64,000 nt of DNA from Macrostomum hystrix (taxonomy: Eukaryota > Animalia > Platyhelminthes): contig CATNEN010000002.1 of assembly GCA_950097015.1 (NCBI GenBank), positions 3,906,001 to 3,970,000 of the forward strand, written 5' to 3'. Below, one piece after another: positions 49,201-61,200 of this stretch. Below the pieces are notes generated by a model. The model saw only the letters and a list, made by a program, of their open reading frames with translations, did no database searches and was not told the DNA's origin. The position numbers were made by a program, and so were the translations under genes. Positions within the stretch are counted from its first letter, which is position 1; each line of letters opens with the position of its first letter.

Positions 49201-52200
49201 TACTTTTATCCTTGGATTAAGGCTTCTTCTGCCTTAAGTAAGTAGTTAATGAGTAGTATGTAGAAGGTATATTTGGTTTTTACAAATTTGATTCCAATTC
49301 AATTTAGCCTGTATAAATATGGGGTCAACTTGTTCTGCGCATCAATCATTTGTGTTGCCCAGGCATTTTTCTAGGCAAACAGTTGCTAATGCGTATTCTG
49401 TGCACTAGGTGAACTGATTAATTTACCTGACTAAAAATTTCTGGGTTCATATCGCTACTGTTCTTCCTGCGAGAATGTAAAAATAGATTGGCATTCATTT
49501 TTAGGCTCAGTTATATATTGTGGAGATTGGGTTCAAAAGACATCATAGTCATAAATCAATTTCCGTGCGTTACGTCATAGTTGGTTTCTTAAAAAACTGT
49601 TTAGATTACGTAATCAGTGTCAATGCTGAAACAGAAATAGAAAGTCACAATTTTAGTCATATTTCCTTAGGTGTCTATTGATTTTTCCCACAATGTGGAA
49701 GCCGACAAACCTTCTGTGGATATTGTTGCTGGAAATTTTCTTTCCATGTAAAGTTCTGTTTTTTTGCTTTGGAAGTCTGTTTTATTTCTTGTATTTTTTT
49801 ATTCCAGAATTTTGTATAGTTTTTTGAGTGGTGACTGCCAAAACATGATAAAAATAAAAGAGCCACGACTGTGTGTAGCTGTTCAGTCCGTGGACTCCAC
49901 TTCTGACTCTATCTCATTTTATAGGGTGAACTGATGGAATGAGGAATCGAGTATTTTACTCAAGGGCACCGTTTATTTCTTCTGGGACGAGATTATTAGC
50001 TTGTTAGAGTTTGAAATTAGTCTTTAAACAGACCTTGAAAACTTGCCTCGCAGATTGAGGAACAGGAGGACACTATCATGAAGTCCTTGGAGGGCACTGA
50101 GTTGGCCGAGCGAGGCGAGAAATTCAAAGGCTCGGCCAAGAAGGCCCTGCTAGCCTGGGCGCAGAACAATCTCGGCGACAAGTACTCCATTGACATTCGA
50201 GACTTCGGCAATTCCTGGCGCGACGGTGCCGCATTCAACGCCATGGTGCACAACATCGACCCCAGCCTGGTGGACATGGCCAAGCTGGCTAGCCGAACCA
50301 ACAGGGAGAATCTGGAGGCGGCGTTTGCCGCGGCTGAGAACGGACTCAACATTCCTAGACTCATTGACCCTGAGGGTGAGTGCGATGTTTCAGATAATTT
50401 TTGTTTAGAATTCTCGGGGTGTCGAGGTGTGAATTTATTGGGGTGTCAAGGTGTGAAGTTCTTGGGGTGTCCAGCTGTGAAGTTCTTGGGGTGTCCAGCT
50501 GTGAAGTTCTTGGGGTGTCCAGCTGTGAAGTTCTTAGGGTGTCGAGGTGTGAAGTTCTTGGGGTGTCGAGGTGTGAAGTTCTTGGGGTGTCAAGGTGTGA
50601 AGTTCTTGGGGTGTCCAGCTGTGAAGTTCTTGGGGTGTCCAGCTGTGAAGTTCTTGGGGTGTCCAGCTGTGAAGTTCTTAGGGTGTCGAGGTGTGAAGTT
50701 CTTGGGGTGTCGAGGTGTGAAGTTCTTGGGGTGTCAAGGTGTGAAGTTCTTGGGGTGTCGAGGTGTGAAGTTCTTAGGGTGTCGAGGTGTGAAGTTCTTA
50801 GGGTGTCGAGTTTTGTAGTTCTTAGGGTGTCGAGGCTATCAGGATGTTAAAGTGTGAAATTTACGGTTTTCAATCAAATCTACGATGCCTTCCTAAGCGA
50901 TGTTGCTAAACTCTCACAATTTATCATAGACGTTGATGTGGACAAGCCTGACGAGAAGTCGATCATGACCTATGTGGCCCAGTTCCTTAAAGCCTACCCG
51001 GAGGGCTCAAAGAAGAAGCCGAAATTGTTGGAACAGGTGAGTAGAAGGTTCTCAACCTCAGCTTTTTAAGTTGATTTTCACCTAGACTATACGAGTAATT
51101 TCACAGCTTTAAAATAAATTTGCTTGATAACTTGAAGTCACATTTTAGCACCGTAACAGAACATTCAGCACATTTTTAAATTCTCAAAGTTTTTAATGAA
51201 ATCGATTAACTTAGCGACGTATTCGTATGTAACGCGTTAAATTAAATTGTTTTGATGCTTAAGCAAACCGTGTTTTACAATTCACATTCTTCTCCCTAAA
51301 ATCCCATTCGAACTGCTATCTAAAAAATAAGCAGCGTCACTGTAACTATGGCAACCGTTGCGTTGGCCAGTTCGCAGCCGCTGCCGTTGCATCTGACGAA
51401 GGCTTCACTTCGGGATCATCCTGTGCAGCCTGCTGCTGCTGCCATTGCTGCAACTGTGCTGGTCAGTCTGTTGATCGCGCCAATTCCAATCCTGTCCTGT
51501 TGCGTCATCCGTCAGCGTACGATTTGACGTGCAGTCACGTTGACCTTGGCGACTGTGTCTGTACAGATTGTGCGGAGAGACAGACTGAGGTATTTGCCAC
51601 CTTTGGCACAGTCAGGCCCGCATCTTGCTCGTCCTCGCTAGATTCTGTTCCAGTAGGTCATCGACTGGGTCCGGTCTCCGAGGAGACGGCGAGCTCAGCG
51701 ACCTCCAACTCCGATTTGGAATCCTCTTGCACCACCGTGTCCTCCATCGGTGGCCTTGTGACGCCTCCGGTGGAATTTTCTGGCTTCTCGGAAACACTGC
51801 TCAAGACCTCAACTTGCGTGCTGGAGGTGGCACTGCTCCAGGTGACAGTTGGTCTGAGCATGATCCAAGCATGTTCGTTTTGGCTTTCTTGCAACCCTGA
51901 AAAGTAAACTATTGCATCTAGCAAATCTAGAAGTCGTCAAACTTCACCATCCCTGAATTTCACCATACCTGAACTTCATCTTCCATGAACTTCACCATCC
52001 CTTAACTTCACCATTCCTGAACTTCACCATTCCTGAACTTCACCAATCCCAGAACTTCACCATTCCTGAACTTCACCTTCCATGAACTGCACCATCTATG
52101 AACTTCACCATCCCCGAACTTCACCTTCCATGAACTGCACCATCTATGAACTTCACCATCTCTGAACTTCACCATTCCTGAACTTCACCATCCCTGAACT

Positions 52201-55200
52201 TCACCATTCCTGAACTTCACCAATCCCAGAACTTCACCATTCCTGAACTTCACCAATCCCAGAACTTCACCATTCCTGAACTTCACCAATCCCAGAACTT
52301 CACCATTCCTGAACTTCACCAATCCCAGAACTTCACCATTCCTGAACTTCACCAATCCCAGAACTTCACGATTCCTGAACTTCACCTTCCATGAACTGCA
52401 CCATCTATGAACTTCACCATCCCCGAACTTCACCTTCCATGAACTGCACCATCTATGAACTTCACCATCCCTGAACTTCACCATTCCTGAACTTCACCAT
52501 CCCTGAACTTCACCATTCCTGAACTTCACCAATCCCAGAACTTCACCATCCCTGAACTTCACCTTCCATGAACTTCACCATCTATGAACTTCACCATCCC
52601 TGAATTTCACCATTCCTGAACTTCACCATTCCTGAACTTCACCAATCCCTGAACTTCACCATTCCTGAACTTCACCATCCCTGAACTTCACCATTCCTGA
52701 ACTTCACCATCCCTGAACTTCACCATTCCTGAACTTCACCAATCCCAGAACTTCACCATCCCTGAACTTCACCTTCCATGAACTTCACCATCTATGAACT
52801 TCACCATCCCTGAACTTCACCATTCCTGAACTTCACCATTCCTGAACTTCACCAATCCCTGAACTTCACCATTCCTGAACTTCACCAATCCCTGAACTTC
52901 ACCATTCCTGAACTTCACCTTCCATGAACTTCACCTTCCATGAATTTCACCATCTATGAACTTCACCATCCCTGAACTTCACCATTCCTGAACTTGACCA
53001 TCCCTGAACTTCACCACCCCTGAACTTCACCATCCCGGCCGAAAATTCCTAACTGTTTCTGAGCATTGTTTTCATGGAATGTACTTTAATATTTTTGGCA
53101 TTGAAGTGCAAATGAGTTTCTGATGTGCATTTATATTATGCTATACAAGTGCATATTGCTATTTGCAATTTTTCCCAATCAGATTGAGGACGCCCAATTA
53201 AAGGTATATTTAAATTTTTATCCTATTTTTAATAAGAAAACACCTTTAACTGTTGACATTTGTGTGGTTTTACCATCCTTTTCCATTTCTTTCATTAAAA
53301 AATTGAAAGTTAAAAGAATAGAGACAATAAGTTCCACAAGGGCCTACTCAAAACACTCTTTGTTGTGTTACTCTAACTTTCATTAGCCTATGTTTGCTGT
53401 GATTTGCTACAAGAGTGCACTAATATAAATTTTTAGTTTATTCCTTGGCATAACCGTTTTTTAAGAAAGGAATTAAACAATTGTTTGCTATTTTTTATTA
53501 ATATTTTATTGACCTTGAGTCTATATGTAAGGTATACAATAGTTTATTAGAAATTTATTTAAATCATATTCTAACAGTGATTTAAACAGTAAAGTCCTGG
53601 ATACTGAAGATAATTTTTGTTCCATTTTTTTCTTTGTTTTAGTCACCATCGTCAGCTTCAAAACATACATCTTCGAGCTGTTCTGTGCCTTCACAGAAAA
53701 CCTTTCGAGTTAGCTGCAGTATTAAGCTAGTACCGCAGCAGCAGCCGACTAACTTGTGTCCATCTGAACATTTTCTGTTGCATAGCTTTCCGAATGTAAA
53801 GAGATTTCATAGCAACTCGAAAAAGTGAAAAATTTATAATTATGATTATGAATATGATTCATTCGCCACTTTGCCACTGTCCTTTCCCCTACTTCATCTG
53901 CCCGCCCTTCTTCCCCATTTCACCTGTCCTTTCTCCCCTACTTCATCTGCCCTTCCTCCCCTCTTTCACCTGTCCTTTCTCCCCTACTTCCCCTGTCCTT
54001 TCTCCCTACTTCCCCTGTCCTTTCTTCCCTACTTCCCCTGTCCTTTCTCCCCTACTTCCCCTGTCCTTTCCCCTACTTCATCTGCCCTTCCTCCCCTCTT
54101 TCACCTGTCCTTTCTTCCATACTTACCCTGTCCTTTCTCCCCTACTTCCCCTGTCCTTTCTTCCATACTTACCCTGTCCTTTCTCCCCTACTTCCCCTGT
54201 CCTTTCTTCCATACTTACCCTGTCCTTTCTCCCCTACTTCCCCTGTCCTTTCCTCCATACTTACCTTGTCCTTTCTCCCCTACTTCCCCTGTCCTTTCTT
54301 CCATACTTCCCCTGTCCTTTCTTCCATACTTAACCTGTCCTTTCTCCCCTACTTCCCTTACTTCCCCTGTCCTTTCACCCCTACTTCCCCTGTTCTTTCT
54401 CCCCTACATCCCCTGTCCTTTCTCCCCTACTTCCCCTGTCCTTTCTTCCATACTTACCCTGTCCTTTCTCCCCTACTTCCCCTACTTCCCCTGTCCTTTC
54501 TCCCCTACTTCCCCTGTCCTTTCTCCCCTACTTCCCCTGTCCTTTCTTCCATACTTACCCTGTCCTTTCTCCCCTACTTCCCCAGTCCTTTCTCCCCTAC
54601 TTACCCTGTCCTTTCTCCCCTACTTCCCCTGTCCTTTCTCCCCTACTTCCCCTGTCCTTTCTTCCATACTTACCCTGTCCTTTCTCCCCTACTTCCCCTG
54701 TCCTTTCTCCCCTACTTCCCCTGTCCTTTCTTCCATACTTACCCTGTCCTTTCTCCCCTACTTCCCCTGTCCTTTCCTCCATACTTACCCTGTCCTTTCT
54801 CCCCTACTTCCCCTGTCCTTTCTTCCATACTTCCCCTGTCCTTTCTTCCATACTTCCCTTACTTCCCCTGTCCTTTCACCCCTACTTCCCCTGTTCTTTC
54901 TCCCCTACATCCCCTGTCCTTTCTCCCCTACTTCCCCTGTCCTTTCTTCCATACTTACCCTGTCCTTTCTCCCCTACTTCCCCTACTTCCCCTGTCCTTT
55001 CTCCCCTACTTCCCCTACTTCCCCTGTCCTTTCTCCCCTACTTCCCCTGTCCTTTCTCCCCTACTTCCCCAGTCCTTTCTCCCCTACTTACCCTGTCCTT
55101 TCTCCCCTACTTCCCCTGTCCTTTCTCCCCTACTTCCCCTGTCCTTTCTTCCATACTTCCCCTGTCCTTTCTCCCCTACTTCCCCTGTCCTTTCTCCCCT

Positions 55201-58200
55201 ACTTCCCCTGTCCTTTCTTCCATACTTACCTGTCCTTTCTCCCCTACTTACCCTGTCCTTTCTCCCCTACTTCCCCTGTCCTTTCTCCCCTACTTCCCCT
55301 GTCCTTTCTTCCATACTTACCCTATCCTTTCTCCCATACTTCCCCTGTCCTTTCTCCCCTACTTCCCCTGTCCTTTCCTCCATACTTCCCCTGTCCTTTC
55401 TCCCCTACTTCCCCTACTTCCCCTGTCCTTTCTCCCCTACTTCCCCTGTCCTTTCTCCCCTACTTCCCCTGTCCTTTCTCCCCTACTTCCCTTGTCCTTT
55501 CTTCCATACTTACCCTGTCCTTTCTCCCCTACATCCCCTGTCCTTTCTCCCCTGTCCCTTCTCGTCCCATTCTACCGTGAGTATTATCTTCCCTTCTTCC
55601 AAACATTTTCCTTGTTGTCTTCTTATTTTTTATTTCAAATTTAACGAATTTGACGAATGCCAATAGCAATCGATAAATATTTTGGCTGATTGTCTTGTCT
55701 GTAGTGTGTAATGTTTGTTTTTTAATTAGCGTCAATATTGTCTTTAGGACATTTTAAATTTGTTAGAATCTATGGAATATAATATTCTTCTTGCAGTTAA
55801 TAGTTCTGTACACATTTTTTACCTAGGTCGAAGCCGCAAAGCAGGCCGCCGAGAATGAGCGCAACGATCTGCGAGAAATCGCCGACTTCTGCCAGGCAGT
55901 TGAGCGCGAACTTCCGTCCGCTGGGTCTCGCGGCGATCCAGCTGAAAATTACAAGGTTTGTGAAAATTTATTGCTTCTCTGCTGACTATGCTACTGTTAG
56001 TAGGATACAAAACATTCTATGCCGATGGCGTAGCGGTCTAGAGATTTTCACTTAATGATTTTTATAGTGCGTGAGTTCGAATCCTGATAATCCCGCGAAG
56101 TAATTCCATTAGTTCGCAAATGTCGGTTTTAAGAACGTTTTTAACTAAAAGAGTAATGTAAATTAAAAATCAAATTTATTGATATTTCAAAAAGTGCACA
56201 TTTCGAAATAAAAAATAAAAAGAAAAGAAAATAAATTAAAAGAAATATTATTTAATGTATTTTCACCCGCTATGTAGTTCTATTACTTTCGTGATTTCAA
56301 AACATATCGGTTTTAAAGGAAGACTGTTTTCACAAAAAAATAAAATAATGAAATTTGATGCAACATAAATTAGCTTACTTTTTAATTTAGCGTACAAAAT
56401 AAATTCACACGTCTACTTATAGTAGCTGCAAAAAGCAACACTGTTTTCTCTTCAGAAATTCGAAGATTTCCTTCAGCAACAGAAGGCTCTAACTGAGCCC
56501 TACGAGACTCTGTTGAAACGACGAGCCGATGGTCATCTACTGACGCTCAAGCCGCAGGAGGTTGACGATCTAGAAGCTCAATGGAGGGCCGCCTCCGACC
56601 GTCTCAGCCAATGGCGCTGGCAGCTGGACTCTGCTTTGCCCGGCGATTTGGGCAAAGTTGGCAGCTGGCTGGCCAGTGCCGAGCGCTGCCTGCGCGAACC
56701 GTTCCCCAACTTGGCCGCCGGACTCCCGGACGAGGAGGTCGCCGAGGCGTTGCATCAGCGCCTCCTGGAGCACAATGCCATCTTCGCCGAGGCGCCAGCA
56801 ATGCGGCGCGCCTTCCAAGAGGCCCGGAAATCCACCGGGCGCGGCCTGCCAGCCGAACAGTTGGCAGATATCGATCGGTGAGGAAAAGCGTTTCATACTA
56901 CTTCTCCAGACTATTCCAGTAGCATAGTGAGAAAAAATTCAGATTTCGTTTTTTAGTTAATAATGGTAAATCAAACGTTTTCGATACATATCGGATAATT
57001 CTTACATTTTAAGATGTCATTTTTTCAGGCGTCTGACGCAGGTTCAACAAGACGAGCCTGAAGTGCGTCACAAACTGGAATACCTCGAGTCGAAATATCG
57101 AATCCTGACCTATTTCATTGTGACCGAACGAAAGCTCCCGGAATGGACGGGCAACTTTGGCCACCTGCAGGATGTGGAGGCCCTGCTTGGCGACTATGAT
57201 ACGTTTGTAGTGGTGGGCAAACTGCTGCCCAGTGTTGACCAGGCCCTGGAATCGTTTCGTCAGTGCGCCGAAGTGCTGAAAAAGCGCGACTCAGGCAAGA
57301 GCGCACCAGAGACCCGCGAAAGTGACCGATTCGCCACCGAGGCAACTCGCAAGTGGGATCGCCTGAAGCGCGAAGTTCAGGCGGCGCCTGAGCCTCTGAA
57401 GAGAGTGGCCGAAAGCTGGAGAGAATTCATGGGGAATGCCGAGGCCATTGAGGTAAGCCGACAGCACAGCCGCAGCTATTTGAGGGCAGTGTATGGGTGT
57501 ACAGTCCATGGACTGAGGTGACGCCACAACCACCCTCAAATACCCCAGCTAATGCTGGTGCCCGTTTAACAGTCGGCTGAACTGAAGTAATACAGAGTTA
57601 AGGGCACAAATCTTTTCAATAGATTTGGGAATCGAACCCCCGACCTTCAAGATGTGAGTCTGAAGCTCTAACCACTAGGCTAAAACCCCTCCGTTAGTTG
57701 GCGTACTAACGAAACTTACCGTAGCTTAACCCGGAAATCCCTTCAAGAGACAGGGTCTCCACCAGTTCCGCCACGTTCCGTGAGCTTGCAGTTTTGAGAT
57801 GTACATTTTTTATGCAACTCGTGGTGACCCAACCAACCAATCAAAATTCCACAGTCCTGGCTGCCCTCCGCGCAAGCCGCCCTTCGTGGCTCCGCCGACG
57901 AGCGTGAATCGTTTTTTGCCAACTTCGCCGACTGGGAGGCGCGGCACAAGCGGCTGAACGATTCTGGCGGCCTCCTTATCGCCAACTGTACTCAGCCAGT
58001 TGCTGAAGAAGTCCGGCAGCGACTTCAGCGAATCAATCGCCAGTGGAAGGATCTGCAAGACGGGCACCGTCAGACTGAGCGAATGGACGCCGCTGAACGG
58101 AATCGACGGGAATATCACGCGGGAACATCGGCGCTCACCGAGTGGCTGGACCGGGCTGAGCAGCTGGTGGAGGCTGAGCTGCCCTGCAATTCTCGCAGCA

Positions 58201-61200
58201 TCCGGGACAATCTAGCCGGCCTACAGGCAACTCAAGAGCAACAGGAGCCGATGGAGAACGAGTTCAAGACGGTCAGCAAGAACGCCACGTCCATGGTGAA
58301 GGAGCTACCGGAGCAGACTGTCAACGAAATGCTGGGCAATTTGAAAGTCATCAAAGAGCGATTTCAAAATCTGCGCAAGAAAGTGCCAGAACGATCTCGC
58401 GGACTAAAAGGCGTCCTGCCGAACGTAGAAAACCTTGAGAACGGCCTGGAGGAGCTAGTTAACTGGATTGAAACTGGAGAACGGCTGCTCAAGGAGCACG
58501 GAGCTGACGCTGACGAGAGAAGCATCGAACAGAAAATTGAGGCGCACAAGGTTTGTTCTTAACTTGTTTTGACTACGCAGAACATATTGTAACGAAAAAC
58601 GCCAATCCTCCTACTTTAGGTTAAAAAAATAGTAGTCTGAGCGCGTTTTTTCTCGAATTGCCTGTTTGTAAAATGTAAAACATCACAAATTCACGGGTTT
58701 AAATATTTTTTGCCTTTATTTTGTTTCAAATTCTATTTAGATTTTTTTCACAAATCATTTTTCATTCAGACTCACTTTGGTCAAGCCAACTATTTTAAGT
58801 CTGTACTTGACGGCAAGAACAGATTTCTGGAGAAGATCAAATCAGCCAGAGTGAGCAATCTCAACACCAGCGATCTGGAGGACGAGTTTAAAGATTTGAA
58901 TCGTAGGTTTAAGGTAAGTTAAATGTCACGAAGAAGTTTATTGGCCTTCACGGGTCACAAAGTGAAGTTTTTCCAATCTGTTGTCCGCTTATCACATAGC
59001 TTTATTAATCTTGAAGTCACGCAGCTACCATTATTCACCAATGCAACAATTTTCACCTGCTAGAATTTCCTCTTCAGTTAAAAAAATATTGAAACAAATT
59101 CTGTTACCTACAGTTCTCGAAGTTTCGTTTGAAGGCAGATTTGATAGTTTGATTATTTTTTGTCATATAAATGCGAACACATTGTTTGATTTTTTTAGTC
59201 TAATAGAAAAGGCGCACACAAACTTGACAATCTGATGTCTAAGAATATTTTTCGTTTCCAATTTCGCAAGCTGAGAGTTTTCTTACAGCGCTATTTTAAT
59301 AATGGCTTTTTGCATAACTTCGGTACATATGTACTTCGACGCGTGAGTACTTAAGTACGCTAGCACTTAGGTGCCCGAGTACTTAAGTACGCTAGCACTT
59401 AGTTGCGCGAGTACTTCAGTACGCCAGCACTTAGTTGCGCGAGTACTTAATTGTAGGAAATGAAATGTAAGAATATTTTTAATAAGTAAATCTTGATTTT
59501 CTCATAGATTCAATTATAAAATCGTGTTTTGGCTTGTCAAAAAATGTCTAAATTCGCATTATGTAGGTAATGCTTGCAGTCAAACCGCCATTATGGCTTC
59601 AAAGCCAAACTAGAAGAACTGACATCGATAATTTAAAAATTTGCATAAAGCAGTTTTTATTGAAACAGTAATGCTAATTATCTAACTGTCAAAATTCCTG
59701 TGTTTCATGATTGTCGTTTTATCGGTCACCAGTAACCAACGAGCATTGTGCACCACCTTCGATTGCAAAGCGATAATAATAATCTTGCACCTGTCTATCA
59801 ATCTAGTGCTCTTCCGTTTCAGCATCAGCTGGGAGTTTTGTCGCAATTCATTTTGCTCTACGCTCTATTAGGTGAATTTCAAACAAACAAACAAACAAAC
59901 AAACAAACAACACATAGACAAGCAAACATATAGAAATAAAGATATGCAATCTCTGCAAAAACGACTGCAGCGATTCAGGCTAACTCAAACGATGGATAGT
60001 GTCAAGGCAGTCTGGCTGATTTGTTGGGTAAAATACGTAAATAAAGCCAGTAAAGTTATGTGTTGTCCGTTTCCGTACAGTGGCTCGAGTCTTGGTCTAG
60101 CTAGCAGAGTTAGCTCTGGTTTCAGTCCCTGTTTGTCCGCATGTGCTTCACCGGTGTTGAATGTTGTTAAAAACTAACTTAAATAATGAATAACTGCTGC
60201 AGACTGTAGTTCATTTTCAGTAGCCTGTAGTGCTGTTTAATTTTGCTGTGCCTGATAAACGACCATGTTGACCGTTTGAAATTAACAACAATCTTTCTAA
60301 ACAGCAATGTGCATAGAAATAGTTAAAGGAGACACAAACTAGCGAACAAACGCTACGCGAAAAAAATAGGCGTGCATGCGCATGTTGCCTACTCACAGTA
60401 GCATCATGAGGGCACGAAGTTGAAAATTACAAATGTCTAAGAAGTAATCGGCTTGTTCACAATTTATCGTTTATTTGTCTTATTGGTTAAATGTCGTTAA
60501 TTTCTCTATTTATCATATCCTAGTCTAAATGAGTAAAAGCTGTACGCAATAAAACACTGTCACAGAATTTAATGGATTAACAGTCGTTGCCAAAGTATCG
60601 TATCTTGTATTTAAAGTACAAGGAAAAATTGAACTGTTGGTATGGCAAAGCAGATGAATCGAACCTTTGACTTTCCTGTCTATAGTGCAACGCTGTAAAC
60701 CAGCGAGTTTAACAGTAGAACTACCAAGGGGGATTTTCACCCCAGACAATTTTTGTACTGCTCTTGAACGGAGCAACACAAGTCGTCAGCCCTTCTGACC
60801 GTCGAGATATTCAACGGTTCTGGTTAAATGTCGAACTTTTCCCATAAGCGCTAGTGTATGTCACACACCCCTATACACAAATTAACACTGCGCCTCAGTG
60901 CGGCCTTGCCAGGCCTTCAAAATTGATCAGCATGTCACCCGAATGTGCCTGCATCATCTCCGTCTTCGGTGGTCACCTACCTTTATCTAGACGGAGCTGC
61001 TGGACCTTCAAGGGCTACAACAGGTGGAAATAGGCCACTATGGACACCCTGACGCGAATTTCTCGAATTTCACTGATCAAGCCTAAATATTAGTCGCAGC
61101 TCAACCGCAGGACGCCATCGCCTAGGCTGTTAACCAATCAGTCACCACCCAGCGCTGTTATCATTCAGGCGCTGCCAAACAATTCAGGGGAAATCCCGCC

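Noticed and set aside
50412-53035. Shared gtgaagttc core in opposite orientation in two arrays flanking the CH2 exon
   Set aside because: Only 9 bp in common and different unit lengths; could be chance.
53842-55666. Pro/Ser/Leu/Phe-rich ORFs up to 569 aa
   Set aside because: Translation of a 23-bp pyrimidine minisatellite inside a nesprin intron.
59930-60006. Possible extra nesprin exon ([13 protein letters not shown]..) after a CAAA tract
   Set aside because: No GT donor and no convincing acceptor; flanking exons already join in phase.
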